The notes under the pieces: model-generated
Told to the model about the DNA's origin: nothing
Database searches by the model: none
What the model saw: the letters and a program-made list of their open reading frames with translations, nothing else
Origin: Vairimorpha necatrix
Taxonomy: Eukaryota
Direction: 5' to 3'
DNA: 64,000 bases
Assembly: GCA_036630325.1 (NCBI GenBank)
Contig: CP142728.1
Span: 248,001 to 312,000, forward strand
Shown: positions 13,431 through 24,976 of the stretch, in pieces
Layout of the letters: every line of letters begins with the position of its first letter
Position numbering within the stretch: position 1 is the first letter of the stretch
Position numbers and translations under genes: made by a program

Positions 13431-15761
13431 TTAGCAAGTACACGACTCACATGGCTCTTCATTATCTTCTTGTTTATTACTTATATTTTCCTTCATAGAC
13501 TTCTTTAACATATCAATATCAACAGTAAACTTAATGGCTGATGTTATAGGTCTCGTTCTAAGATAATACATTCCTGTCTTTAATCCTCTTTTCCATCCAT
13601 AAAAGTGCATACTAGACAATACCGAATAAGTAGGCTGAGCTACGAATAAATTAAGAGATTGTGTTTGATCGATAAATACTTGTCTGTCTGCCGCCAGATC
13701 TATGACGGTCTTCATTTTTATCTCCCATACTGTTTTATGTAAATCTTTTATCTTTCTTGGAATTATATTAATATTTTGTATAGATCCTTCGTTCTCAACA
13801 ATTAAATTCTTCATTTCTAGTGACCAGAGATCAAGTTTTATTAAATCATTCATCAAATATTTGTTGACCATTTGAAATTCGCCGCACGCTGTTCTTCTAG
13901 TATAAATATTGGAAGTGAATGGTTCAAAGGCTTCATTATTGTTAAAAATTTGAGATGTACCTGCTGTAGGCATTGGAGCTATTAGAAGGGAATTTCTGAC
14001 GCCAAATTTCTTGATTTTAAGTCTTAATTCTTCCCAATCCCACCTACTTGAGACTGACCCATTGGCCAATTCCCAGTGGAAAATACCTTGACTTATGGGC
14101 GATCCTTCGTAAGATGAATATGGACCATATTTTTCGGCATCTTCGCAAGAAGCTTCCAATGCTGCGAAATATAAAGTCTCAAATATCTCCTTGTTCAAAA
14201 TTCTGGCTTCCGCGCTCTCATAAGGCAATCTTAACATTAAGAATACGTCGGCCAATCCTTGGATGCCCAACCCCATAGGCCTATGTCTCCTATTAGAATT
14301 TTCTGCTTCTTTTAGAGGATAAACATTACAGTCTATGACTCTGTTAACATTTTTAGTTACTGTTTTTACAACAGATTTAAATAAATTAAAATCAAATTTT
14401 TCATCTTTTACAAATTTAGGCAAACAAATACTTGCCAAATTGCATACTGCTACTTCATCCGGGCTTGTATATTGTATAATCTCAGTACAAAGATTACTAC
14501 ATCTTATAGTTCCTATATTCTTCTGGTTACTCATTTTATTTATAGTATCTTTATAAAGCATATAAGGCGTGCCAGTTTCTATCTGTGACTCAATAATAGC
14601 CTTCCACAATTTCTGAGCTGGAACAACTTCTCGTTCGACTGTCTTTTCGTATTCAATATACATTTTCTCAAATTCGTCGCCGTAAGCATTTGACAAACCA
14701 GGAACAGACTTGGGACAGAACAAAGACCAGTCTTGATTAGACTCGACTCTTTTCATAAATAAATCATTAAGCCACATTCCTGTGAAAACATCTCTGGCTC
14801 GTAATTCGTCTTTACCAGTGCTCTTTCTTAGATCTAAAAAGTCGAACACGTCTTTGTGCCATGGCTCCAAATAAATGGCAGGACAGCCTGATCTTCGATT
14901 TCCAGCTTGTCCGATATATTTCAGTGACCAGTTTAGCACTTGAATGTATGGAATTATTCCTTTAGAAATGCCGCCTGTTTTTCTTATACTTGTGCCTTTA
15001 GCCGCCATGTCGTGTAAATCAATGCCTACACCACCACCTGATTTTGTAATTTGTACGCATCTTTTTACTGTGTCGAACAAACCTTCAACACTTTCTTCTA
15101 TCGGAGTCAACAAAAAGCAACTCGCCAGTTGTGACTTTTTACTACCAGAATGAAATATCGTAGGAGATCCATGTGTGTACATATTATCAGATAGAAGTTT
15201 GTAAGTATGTTCTACATTCCTAAGATCTCTTTCGTGTAATTGTATAGCCACTCTCAGTAACATGTCCTGTGGCCTTTCTATTAATTTACCGTCTAACGTT
15301 ATTAAATAAGCTCTTTTAAGTGTTAAAATGGCGAAATAAGTCCAACAATTATCTTTTTTATAATCTACAAGCTTATCAAAGAATTCTTTGTTTTCCATTA
15401 CTATTTGATAGAACTTGTCCGAATAAAAATCTCCATTTTTGTACACGTACTCGACTTTCTCAGAGAAAGAGTCTGAAGTGTTTTCTTTTAAATATTCAAT
15501 CAATATCTTCGCAGATATTTTCCCATAGTCGACGTGTTTAGTGGTCATCGACTCTGCGGTTTCTGCAGCGTAAGTAATAAATTCTTCTACTGTTATGTCA
15601 TCACACAATCCTGATTCTATTTTGTAAAAGAATTCGTTTTTGTCTATAAAATTAGAGTCAAGAGATTCTGCATATTTTGTGAATGTTAATTTATATTTTT
15701 CATATAATTGTTTAGTTAATTTGTCTGTTGATTTGTTGACTTTGTGAATATAAAATTGCAT
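13431..15761 (-). CDS. RNR1: Ribonucleoside-diphosphate reductase large subunit (class Ia)
   Basis: Motifs ERPQD, SCFL, EPWH, SNLCTEI, APMPTA, GMYYLRT and C-terminal CxxC (CESCTC). The start is placed at the ATG directly after CCCC (15761); the ORF is open to 15770. Confidence 0.97.
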   Translation of the reverse strand: MQFYIHKVNKSTDKLTKQLYEKYKLTFTKYAESLDSNFIDKNEFFYKIESGLCDDITVEEFITYAAETAESMTTKHVDYGKISAKILIEYLKENTSDSFSEKVEYVYKNGDFYSDKFYQIVMENKEFFDKLVDYKKDNCWTYFAILTLKRAYLITLDGKLIERPQDMLLRVAIQLHERDLRNVEHTYKLLSDNMYTHGSPTIFHSGSKKSQLASCFLLTPIEESVEGLFDTVKRCVQITKSGGGVGIDLHDMAAKGTSIRKTGGISKGIIPYIQVLNWSLKYIGQAGNRRSGCPAIYLEPWHKDVFDFLDLRKSTGKDELRARDVFTGMWLNDLFMKRVESNQDWSLFCPKSVPGLSNAYGDEFEKMYIEYEKTVEREVVPAQKLWKAIIESQIETGTPYMLYKDTINKMSNQKNIGTIRCSNLCTEIIQYTSPDEVAVCNLASICLPKFVKDEKFDFNLFKSVVKTVTKNVNRVIDCNVYPLKEAENSNRRHRPMGLGIQGLADVFLMLRLPYESAEARILNKEIFETLYFAALEASCEDAEKYGPYSSYEGSPISQGIFHWELANGSVSSRWDWEELRLKIKKFGVRNSLLIAPMPTAGTSQIFNNNEAFEPFTSNIYTRRTACGEFQMVNKYLMNDLIKLDLWSLEMKNLIVENEGSIQNINIIPRKIKDLHKTVWEIKMKTVIDLAADRQVFIDQTQSLNLFVAQPTYSVLSSMHFYGWKRGLKTGMYYLRTRPITSAIKFTVDIDMLKKSMKENISNKQEDNEEPCESCTC

Positions 15762-15871
15762 GGGGTTCATAAGATCATTTTTTTTATAGTAAGAAAATTT
15801 TCAGTTAAAAAATTAAATAAAGTTAAATTGATTATTAATAATTAAAAAAGTCTTTTTCAATTTTCATAAAA

Positions 15872-15881
15872 TTTCCCGCCA
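15872..15881. promoter_or_regulatory. Putative E2F/DP-binding site TTTCCCGCCA upstream of RNR1
   Basis: Exact match to the TTTSSCGC consensus, ~110 bp upstream of the RNR1 ATG in otherwise very AT-rich DNA. Confidence 0.5.
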
Positions 15882-16742
15882 TTTTGTAAAATGAACTTAG
15901 ATCATTTATGACACATCAAATATTTAGCAGACCATGTCCTGTCAAATGTGTCAAATTGTTTCAGATAAAAATGAAATATATTAAAAGACAGTTTGCTGCT
16001 TTTGCTGCACTATTTTTGCCACATTATTTTAATCTTGGTAATTTTCATATTTCAATTTTATAACTCCAAGAACCAAATTGTGACATTTTATTGAACTTTT
16101 TTTATTAGTAAATTTTCTATAAACAATTGATTCTTGTAATATTGTCCAGGTCATCATGAATATTGATGAATATAATGAATTATATTGTATTTTATATAAC
16201 ACTTGTTTCAAGCATACAATGATCTATTTTTTTCGGGGAGTTGGTTTATTTGTCTCGAAACAAACTCCATCAAATTAGATTCCTCATGTTTAGATAAGAA
16301 AAATAAAATCAAAATATGTAAAAAATCCGCACAAATTTCCACTTTTGTTTTCAAAAAAAAAATGGTGAAAATTTTTACAAAATTTAAAAAAATTTATCAA
16401 TTTTTTAAATTGTTTTAAATCACCAATGAACCATAATTTGCGTCTCAAATAGACAGCCTTAAAATGATATTTTTCAATATTAAATTTATTTAATTTAAAG
16501 ATAGAACTTGCATTTGAATATAATTAAAGCTGAAAAAATAACATTAGTAAATAAGTTAAGACTTTTCAAACACTTTTTGATCTAGTTCAAATTACCTGCA
16601 ATTAATATCAAATTTATTCAATTTTTTGATAAACCAAATCAATAAAATCAAAATCTAGACAAATTAAATCAGATTTCTCTTACCAAATACCATTGGTCTT
16701 TTAATTTATAAAAAAAATTGAAAAAAAATAAATAAATAATTT

Positions 16743-17999
16743 ATGGGATCAAGTTCTAGTAAACCCAATAAATCTGTAATTATAGCTCGTTCCAATTTCG
16801 CAGCACGTGGTATTTACGCTTTATACGGCATAACTGACAAGATATTTCCACACAATATAAACCTACCTAGATTATATTCCGACAAAGTTATTTTAGACAA
16901 AAAGATTGAAGAAATCAATTTAGAAATATCAAAGAAATTAAAAAAAGAATTTAATAAATCTAATAATGAATTAGAAGATGATCCTGTGCTGAAAGTACAG
17001 GATCTAATTTCTAAAAGTAAAAAAATAGAAACAATTTCTTATAATTCGAGTACACACGGAGATCATTTAATAATGTGTAAAGAAAATATTTATGAAATTA
17101 GTAATGAAATAGGTGAACTTAAGAATTTACTTTTATGTCAACTTTGTTGTAATTATATTTATAAAATACCACCATCGATAATTTATTTACAGAAATTGAT
17201 GACTTTAAGTTTAGCAAGAAATCAGCTTAGATTTATTCCTGAAGAAATTTGTGAATTATCAAGTTTGACACATTTAGATTTATCTTTTAATTTTTTAGTA
17301 GAAATGCCTCATAATTTAAAGAAGTTGAAGTCTTTGACTTCTTTAAATTTAGAAAATAATTTGTTTATTGATATACCATTAGAAATTAGTAAATTGAGAT
17401 CTTTAAGAAATTTACAAATTTCTAATAATCCGATTAAAGATGTACCATTACAAATTTTAAAGATGCCTTTTCTTGTAGATTTTGATGCTTCGTCTTCTAC
17501 GCTTGTTTATGAAGATGTTTTTAAGAAAGTTGGAAATTTAGATCTTAGAGAAATTTGCCTTAGAAATGTAGTTTTGAATATTTTACCAGTTTATAAAAAT
17601 ATAGACAGGTTGTTGATAGAAAGTCTTTTTAATGTTGAAGAATGTGGATTTTGTGGTGGTCCGATTTTTGATGCGTATTTTTTTATTAAGACGAGTGAAG
17701 TGCATGAAAATAAAGAGTACCCAGTGAAATATAAGATTTGTAGAAAGCATTTTAAAGATCAGAGAAATAGAATAGGGGCTTTCTTTGGGAGATCTCATGA
17801 TAGTATTCCTTATAATATCTTGATAAATCATAATATTAGTATTAGAGATATCTTTTATGGTTCTGTAGAGATTAAGAAGAGACATAAGTTGTATGGAATA
17901 TTTAGTAGAAGAATGCAACTCTGGGAATTATCAAAGTTTAATAATCCCGAGACCAAGAAAACATTATTCAAGAAAGTAGATCAAAATTTTTATAATTAA
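16743..17999 (+). CDS. Leucine-rich repeat protein, N-myristoylation motif, LRRC58/LRRC28-like C-terminus
   Basis: MGSSSSK start and about six LxxLxLxxNxL repeats. Followed by LREICLRNVV (BC-box-like) and ECGFCGGPIF...YPVKYKIC. Confidence 0.85.
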   Translation: MGSSSSKPNKSVIIARSNFAARGIYALYGITDKIFPHNINLPRLYSDKVILDKKIEEINLEISKKLKKEFNKSNNELEDDPVLKVQDLISKSKKIETISYNSSTHGDHLIMCKENIYEISNEIGELKNLLLCQLCCNYIYKIPPSIIYLQKLMTLSLARNQLRFIPEEICELSSLTHLDLSFNFLVEMPHNLKKLKSLTSLNLENNLFIDIPLEISKLRSLRNLQISNNPIKDVPLQILKMPFLVDFDASSSTLVYEDVFKKVGNLDLREICLRNVVLNILPVYKNIDRLLIESLFNVEECGFCGGPIFDAYFFIKTSEVHENKEYPVKYKICRKHFKDQRNRIGAFFGRSHDSIPYNILINHNISIRDIFYGSVEIKKRHKLYGIFSRRMQLWELSKFNNPETKKTLFKKVDQNFYN

Positions 18000-18063
18000 A
18001 CCTCAATAAGTATATACAGTATTCAAATATAACTATTAGATCTTTATATCTCTACTTAGTTAA

Positions 18064-21000
18064 TTAGTTACTTTCCTTTTTAAATGTATTAAATCCTACA
18101 CTTGTGGTCTTTTTCTTTCCTGCATATAAAGACATCTTCTTTAAATCTACATTATTTTTCTTAAGATCTGGATTATTTTTCTTAAGATCTACGTTATTCT
18201 TAAGATCTACGCTATCTTTTAGATCTGGATTATTTTTAGTAAAAGTCGGGCTGGGCTTATTAGGCAGATTTAACTTGGGAATTGATGCTCCTTTGATTTC
18301 TTCTTTTTTAGGAGGAGTATTTCCTCCACTGACCCATTTCTTGGTAACTGGGTCATATTTTATATCATCAGCCGCTTTTAATTCGATTTTATAACTCTTC
18401 TTCTTGAAAATATTGAACATTGACAAAAATGAACTCTTTTCTTCGGGTTCAGAGGATACGACTTTATCTTCTTTTTTTATACCCACTTTGTCCTCGTCTA
18501 AATTATATTTAGAGAGAAAAAGAGCAGTGTCATCCTCTGACGTCATCTCCTTGTCATTTTTATCATCTTCAAAGAAATCTGCGAAACTTTTTGAATGTTT
18601 TTGATCTGCGTATAAATCTCTATTTCCCGAATTAGTATTACCATTATTTATGTTAACATATTTGTTATTATCATTATTTATATTATCTTGTTGAATATCT
18701 TCGCCTCTATTTACATTATATATTTCATTTTTATTATATATTTTTTTACTATCTAGTTCTTCTTTATTATATATTTTCTTATTATCCGTTTTCTTAGTAT
18801 ATATTTTCTTATTTAAATTATATTTTTTGTTATTATCTAGTTGTTCCTCTTCTTCCTTGTCGACTTTATTGCATTTGTTTTCATTTTGCTTTATTTTAGT
18901 TTGCTCATCTTCTGATACATCTAATATTTTGGATATCCCAAAATTCACTATTTCTTTAATTCCGAAATTCCAATTTAATTTGAAATTCTCATCTAAAATA
19001 TTCTGTAATTCTTTCCTAAATTCCTTTTTATGTCTCTTATAAAATTCTCTACTAGTTTCTAAATCTCTATCTTTTATATCACAGACATATTCATACAATA
19101 ATAAATCAATATTTCCAATTTTATTATATTTGGTATGAATAAACAGTAAAATACTACACAAGTCATGCTTATGTGAGAAATATTCTAAATAATCTTTTAT
19201 GTCTAGAACTTTACACAAGTGTAAAGAGACAAGTACTAGAATACCATCTTCAAAATTATATTTAAAAACTTCTCTTATAAAATTATCCAAATTCTTACTA
19301 GAGTTATAAGCAAAATGCTTGAAATATTCTTTCCAGTGTCTTTTTAGTACGAAATTATCATTGAGAAATAAAGAAGTCATGTCTTCGTCTATAATTTCCT
19401 TGTAAATATTCTTCATGACTTCTGAGTCCATCTTTGATAAAATCAAGGCCAGTGTCCACATCTTATTATTGAGACAATAATCTACTGCATGATTAGTATT
19501 ATAAGTTGAGATATTCAAGGCTGTATTAATATTTGACATGGATTCAGTTTCCTGGTAAGATTTAGAAGTGTATTTGACAGACTTGGCCCCGATTATATCG
19601 GCCACATTGTCCTGGTGAATATCCTTGAGATTCAAAATGGACAAGATCATGTTCAGACTTGGACTAGTAAAAGATTTAGTAAGAACTTTGTCATTCATAA
19701 CAGAAGGCTTTTCTAAATTAAAAGTCGTCAGAATATTCACACTTTGGTCTTTTTTAATTCCTTCTGTATTGTATCTGGGCTGAATTGACTCATAATATGT
19801 AAGGACTTTATTGCCAAACAAACAAACTAGAGGCCTCTTTGTTTGTAACTTGAACTTTTTAGAGTCCCCAGAAATGAGACCTTTTGACTTTTCATTTGGT
19901 AGATCAGACTCATTACTTGCTGCATGAGATTCATTGGCTAGTACTTTTTCTTCATATTTAGTTTCTTCGAGGATGATTTCTTTTTTCTTAGATATGTCTG
20001 CCTCACTAATTATTTCTTCTGATTTATTAATTGATCCTTCGTATTCTACCTCTGTCTCTTCTTCTATTAAGTTATTACTTGTCTTGTTGATAGTACTGAA
20101 AAAAGAAGACTCGTCTTCGGCTTCATTGTCATCAAAAAACAGACTCTCTGTACAAACATTATTAGAAGAACTTTCTAATTCCACATCTGTAATCTTCAAG
20201 GGACTTGATAAATTAAGACTCTCTAAATCTTTGGACAGATTTTTAACTTCCTCTTGTCCCACATTCACAGGCTCAGTGGAATTGTGAGTGTCAATGAACT
20301 CTTCAACGTTGTCTTGGACATTATTTGCTTCATCTAACTTGTCGGGAATACAATTTTGAGAAATTTCATAATTTTCGGGTTGGGGACTAGGAAAATCCTT
20401 TTTTTCTTTTAAATCGTCAGATTGATCATTTACAGAAGTCATGTCATTTTTCTTAGGTTCGGGACTATAAAAGATTTTTTCCTCCGCTGTGCTTTCTGGT
20501 TTGTCGCTCAGAGTTGTCGAGTCATTTTTATTAGGCTTATAAAATGAGTCTTGTTCCTCGTCTTCTAGCCAATAATTAATTTCTTCTCTATTTATATTTC
20601 CACTCTTCTCTTCTTCGTGACTGTTTTCATTTATCTGTTCTTCTTCATTTACATTATTTTGTTCTGACCTGTCTAAATTCTCATTTTTATTTCCTTCTGT
20701 AACAATGTTTTCATTTTCTTCATTTTTCGGCCAATTATTATTTTCATTTATTTGTTGTTCTTCTTCCTGCCAATTATTATATTTTTTTGCTTTACCAATG
20801 TTTTCAAAATGTTCTTCATTTATTTGTTCCTTTTTTTCTTCTTCTGTAGAATTTTCATCTTCTTCATTCGTTTTATCATTTTGCTCTAAATTTTCTTGAT
20901 TCACATAATCTTCTTTTTCTTCGCTTATTTTTTCTTTGCCAGTTGAGAAAATTGCTGTTTTAGGTATTTTTTCATTAACTGGGAAATTATTGTCTTCATC

Positions 21001-21159
21001 ATCAGACCATAAAAAATCCAACTTCTCAGATGTTAAAATCTTAGAATCATTTTGTGATTCATTGGTTTTTTCTACTTTCTTTGAGTTGATGATACTTTCA
21101 AAGTCTTCGTCACTTTCTTCATCATTACTCCAAAATGTTTGATCACTTTTGTTTTGCAT
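18064..21159 (-). CDS. SEC16: Sec16-like COPII ER exit-site scaffold
   Basis: Long acidic disordered N-terminus, a central AVDYCLNNKMWTLALILSK helix motif, and a C-terminal YDPVTKKWV motif followed by a Pro-containing tail. The start is the ATG after CCCATTTTTT (21159). Confidence 0.7.
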   Translation of the reverse strand: MQNKSDQTFWSNDEESDEDFESIINSKKVEKTNESQNDSKILTSEKLDFLWSDDEDNNFPVNEKIPKTAIFSTGKEKISEEKEDYVNQENLEQNDKTNEEDENSTEEEKKEQINEEHFENIGKAKKYNNWQEEEQQINENNNWPKNEENENIVTEGNKNENLDRSEQNNVNEEEQINENSHEEEKSGNINREEINYWLEDEEQDSFYKPNKNDSTTLSDKPESTAEEKIFYSPEPKKNDMTSVNDQSDDLKEKKDFPSPQPENYEISQNCIPDKLDEANNVQDNVEEFIDTHNSTEPVNVGQEEVKNLSKDLESLNLSSPLKITDVELESSSNNVCTESLFFDDNEAEDESSFFSTINKTSNNLIEEETEVEYEGSINKSEEIISEADISKKKEIILEETKYEEKVLANESHAASNESDLPNEKSKGLISGDSKKFKLQTKRPLVCLFGNKVLTYYESIQPRYNTEGIKKDQSVNILTTFNLEKPSVMNDKVLTKSFTSPSLNMILSILNLKDIHQDNVADIIGAKSVKYTSKSYQETESMSNINTALNISTYNTNHAVDYCLNNKMWTLALILSKMDSEVMKNIYKEIIDEDMTSLFLNDNFVLKRHWKEYFKHFAYNSSKNLDNFIREVFKYNFEDGILVLVSLHLCKVLDIKDYLEYFSHKHDLCSILLFIHTKYNKIGNIDLLLYEYVCDIKDRDLETSREFYKRHKKEFRKELQNILDENFKLNWNFGIKEIVNFGISKILDVSEDEQTKIKQNENKCNKVDKEEEEQLDNNKKYNLNKKIYTKKTDNKKIYNKEELDSKKIYNKNEIYNVNRGEDIQQDNINNDNNKYVNINNGNTNSGNRDLYADQKHSKSFADFFEDDKNDKEMTSEDDTALFLSKYNLDEDKVGIKKEDKVVSSEPEEKSSFLSMFNIFKKKSYKIELKAADDIKYDPVTKKWVSGGNTPPKKEEIKGASIPKLNLPNKPSPTFTKNNPDLKDSVDLKNNVDLKKNNPDLKKNNVDLKKMSLYAGKKKTTSVGFNTFKKESN

Positions 21160-21482
21160 AAAAAATGGGATAAAAAATATCTTTAAATAGTTTTTTTGCA
21201 TGAATTTGTTGGTTAACATACAAATTACACATCTGAAAATAGAACATGACAATAACTAAAATTTTATACAATTTATTAAAATTACAAATATGCCTTAATT
21301 GATTGTAAACAAGTCGCCTACTTAGAGAAATTTATTAAAAAACATAAATTCCTTAATAGTCAAATTATAAAGTCTTTTATGTGCAATATTATTAAAGTAC
21401 AATGAATTTTTTTTTATAGTTTTCAAGTTTACTTTGAAATTTATGCCATTTTAAAAATTATTTTCATGGAACGTTCTTTTTT

Positions 21483-23678
21483 ATGCCAGAAAAATATAAA
21501 AAAAGAAAAACTTTAGAACAAAGAAATTGGGAAAAGAGAAAACTCAAAATGGCAGGAATAGAATGTGCCTCATCACACTCAGAAAATGGTAATGTGTTAG
21601 AAGTACAAGTCAAAGATGAGTCTAGATTTAGGAATATAAATAATGTTACAGAAGTAATCTTTGATTTTGATAATCCTTTATTTTTAATAGGAAATCGACC
21701 AAGTAAATATTATGAAAAATATAAAAATAATGAATTCGTAAACTACAATGAAATTAAGCACGACCAGACAGAGCAAAATTATGAAAACAATCATCCAATT
21801 AAAACTGAATTAGAAGAAGATTATAAGTCTTTGCCTGTTTATGAGCATAAAGAAGATTTTCTAAATTTCTTTGAATCTCAGAATATCATTTTAGTAACTG
21901 GAGATACAGGATGTGGAAAAAGTACCCTTGTTCCTAAATTTATATTTGACAAATATAAATTCCGTATTTGTGTCACACAACCGCGAAGAATTAGCGTAAA
22001 AAACTTGTATAACAGAATGAAGAAATTTTATAAATCAGAAGTGGGTTACGCAATCCAATACGAACAAAATTACAATCAAGATACTAAAATCAAATATGTC
22101 ACAGAAGGAATTTTATTACGAGAAATCACTTCTGATCCGCTGCTACTAAATTATGACGTCATTATATGTGACGAAGTCCACGAACGCAGTGTAAATTTAG
22201 ATATAATTTTAGGATATTTAAAAATAATAAAAGAAAAAAGAAAAGATCTAAAAATAATTCTAATGAGTGCGACACTACAAATCGCAGATTTCAAATGTTT
22301 TTTTGAAGCCAGTTCTTATAATTTTAGTGGTAATTTGTTCCCCGTAGACATAAAATATCTAAAAATAGATGTAGACGATTACATAGAATGGACTACAAAG
22401 AAAATATTAACAATCCATAAAAAAGAAGATCAAGGAGATATTTTAGTATTCCTTAGTGGTAAAGAAGATATTTTACAAATTTATAAAATTTTGAAAAAAG
22501 ATACAGAAGATTTAGAAATAATTCAATTATATTCAGAAATAATGAAAGATGTTTACAATGTAATTTTCAACCAGAAGTCAAAATTTAGAAGATGCATTTT
22601 ATCGACAAATATAGCAGAAACATCAATTACAATTAGAAATATAAAATATGTAGTAGATTCGGGATTCCATAAAATAGGCTTCTATGATTATAATTCAGGA
22701 GACAGACTTATAAAATATCCAATTAGTAAAGAAAACGCAATACAAAGAGCAGGTCGTGCAGGAAGAACTGGACCAGGTATTTGTTATAGAATGTACTCAG
22801 AGAAATCATATAATGAATTTATGAAAGAAAAAAATATTCCTGAAATTTTAAAGTCAAATATTTCAAACACGATTTTGTTGCTTTTATCAACAAATTATAA
22901 AAAAATTGAAAATTTCCCATTTTTGTCCAAACCGCCTAAATCTTTGATAAATGCAGGAATTATAACTTTACAAAGTTTGAAATTTATTGATAATGGATAT
23001 AATCTCACTAGAGACGGGAAAGATGTTATGAATTTAGGAGTAGATGTCATATTAGGCAAATTGATTATTGAAGGAATTAGAAATGATTGTTCTTATGATT
23101 CGACACTTTTAGCAAGTATTTTGAGCTTAGACACACACAATATTTTCGGATATTTTGAGAAAGAGAAAATTGATTATAAATCTTGTTTTGTAAAAGATAA
23201 TGAATTTATAACTTTGTTAAATTTATTCAAGTTTGGTTATAAAAATAAAAATTTCGCCCCGCAAATAATCAATAGAGTCAGAGATATCCACGAGAATATA
23301 TTAAGAAGAATTTATAGACTAGGATATAAGAAAACATATAAGAATAATATAAATTTAGTCATACTTAAGACATTTTTCTTTAATATTTGTAGATATGAAG
23401 AAGACAAGTGTATCAATTTATGTACTAAAGTAGAATATTCAATATTTAATTTAGATTTTAAAAATGATTATTTGATATTTTACAAGTCATTTAAAAATAA
23501 AAGAGGTGAATTTGTCATGCAAATTTCTGCCTCATTGAAGCCTGAAGATATTTTAAGAAATTTACCTGAATATTTTAAAGATAGAAATGTAAAAGAAGAA
23601 AGTCAAGAAAAGAAAAATATAATAATATTTGATAATTTATATGAGAGATTTGAATTAGAATCAGATAATGAATTATAA
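21483..23678 (+). CDS. DEAH-box pre-mRNA splicing RNA helicase, Prp16-like
   Basis: Motifs GDTGCGKST, TQPRR, DEVHER, MSAT, STNIAETSIT and QRAGRAGRTGPG. The N-terminal WEKRKLKMAG resembles Prp16, but the subfamily is less certain. Confidence 0.92.
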   Translation: MPEKYKKRKTLEQRNWEKRKLKMAGIECASSHSENGNVLEVQVKDESRFRNINNVTEVIFDFDNPLFLIGNRPSKYYEKYKNNEFVNYNEIKHDQTEQNYENNHPIKTELEEDYKSLPVYEHKEDFLNFFESQNIILVTGDTGCGKSTLVPKFIFDKYKFRICVTQPRRISVKNLYNRMKKFYKSEVGYAIQYEQNYNQDTKIKYVTEGILLREITSDPLLLNYDVIICDEVHERSVNLDIILGYLKIIKEKRKDLKIILMSATLQIADFKCFFEASSYNFSGNLFPVDIKYLKIDVDDYIEWTTKKILTIHKKEDQGDILVFLSGKEDILQIYKILKKDTEDLEIIQLYSEIMKDVYNVIFNQKSKFRRCILSTNIAETSITIRNIKYVVDSGFHKIGFYDYNSGDRLIKYPISKENAIQRAGRAGRTGPGICYRMYSEKSYNEFMKEKNIPEILKSNISNTILLLLSTNYKKIENFPFLSKPPKSLINAGIITLQSLKFIDNGYNLTRDGKDVMNLGVDVILGKLIIEGIRNDCSYDSTLLASILSLDTHNIFGYFEKEKIDYKSCFVKDNEFITLLNLFKFGYKNKNFAPQIINRVRDIHENILRRIYRLGYKKTYKNNINLVILKTFFFNICRYEEDKCINLCTKVEYSIFNLDFKNDYLIFYKSFKNKRGEFVMQISASLKPEDILRNLPEYFKDRNVKEESQEKKNIIIFDNLYERFELESDNEL

Positions 23679-23980
23679 GAAAAGTAGTACATGTTAAACT
23701 AGATTTATATCACCTCTTTTGGAAATGTTTTTAAATACTTTTTGTAGCCCAATCTATGTCTGATTATTAGAAGATGATTGGCCAGTATTTGCTCGACTAC
23801 GGCACTACATTTACTTGTATTTTGTAAGTTAAAAAATTGATCAAATCTAAACTGACAATAAATCTTTGTTAAAATTTCAAAATAAAACCTATTTTAGGAT
23901 AAATAAAGACAAGCTATGCTACAAATATCTAAATTGACATTAGTAAAATTTCTTTTATGATCATTTTTAAATTATATTTT

Positions 23981-24976
23981 TTAATCTTTTCTCCAAGTTA
24001 CTTCGACTGTGTCAGTTCTAAACCTTTGGGTTATCGTACAATCTTCAATTTTAAAGACTTGCCCACTCTCATGCATCAAAAGTCCACACAGCGCTATCAT
24101 TGCCCCATTATCAATACAGAATCTTTCATCTGTAGAGTACAACTTCCCTCCTCGTTCTTCTACCATAATACTCATCATTTCTTGTAATCTTTTATTACAT
24201 CCAACTCCCCCTACTATTAATACTTCATGACTATTATTAAAAGACATAGCTCTTTCTGTGACTTCCACTAAAGAAGAGAAGACTGTCTCTTGTAACGAGT
24301 AACAAATATCATAAACAGTCTGCTGATCTTTAATTTCTATATTCTTTATAGACGAAATAATCCCGGAAAAAGACACGTCCATGCCTTTGACGACATACGG
24401 GAGCTCAAAAAACTTCTTGCCTTTTCTGGCATGTAACTCGATATTAAGACCGGGCGCGGGATCATTAGGCAATTTTAAGATTCTCGCTACTTTGTCCAGG
24501 CAATTTCCTACTGCATTGTCCAAAGCTTCCCCGAATATTTTATATTTATTTTTATTATACGAAATTATTTGCGTGTTGCCGCCGCTTACGTACAAAACTG
24601 TGGGATTAGACGAGTTTGTAATAAATCTGCCCATTTCTATATGAGCTATACAATGATTGACGGGTATAATAGGAATATTAAGAGTAAGACTTAGAGCTCT
24701 GGCTACAGTGGCCACTGCTGATAAAGCTTGACCCATTCCTGGTCCTTTTGTATAACAAATGAGATCGACGTCTTTTAATTTGATCTTTGATTTTTCTAAA
24801 GAAAAACGAAGAAGATCGAAAATCTCACTTCTGTGATGTTCAGCAGTCCGTGCAGGAATGAATCCTTCCCCTGGAGGAGGGACGAAAGTTCTTCTTTCGT
24901 TTGATACTATTTTTTTATCGATTAGAATTCCTATGCCTAGTTTATTCGCACTCCCTTCAAAGCCCAGAACAATCAT
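23981..24976 (-). CDS. KAE1: tRNA N6-adenosine threonylcarbamoyltransferase (KEOPS)
   Basis: Motifs [46 protein letters not shown] and QRFRTD. CCCC precedes the ATG. Confidence 0.97.
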   Translation of the reverse strand: MIVLGFEGSANKLGIGILIDKKIVSNERRTFVPPPGEGFIPARTAEHHRSEIFDLLRFSLEKSKIKLKDVDLICYTKGPGMGQALSAVATVARALSLTLNIPIIPVNHCIAHIEMGRFITNSSNPTVLYVSGGNTQIISYNKNKYKIFGEALDNAVGNCLDKVARILKLPNDPAPGLNIELHARKGKKFFELPYVVKGMDVSFSGIISSIKNIEIKDQQTVYDICYSLQETVFSSLVEVTERAMSFNNSHEVLIVGGVGCNKRLQEMMSIMVEERGGKLYSTDERFCIDNGAMIALCGLLMHESGQVFKIEDCTITQRFRTDTVEVTWRKD

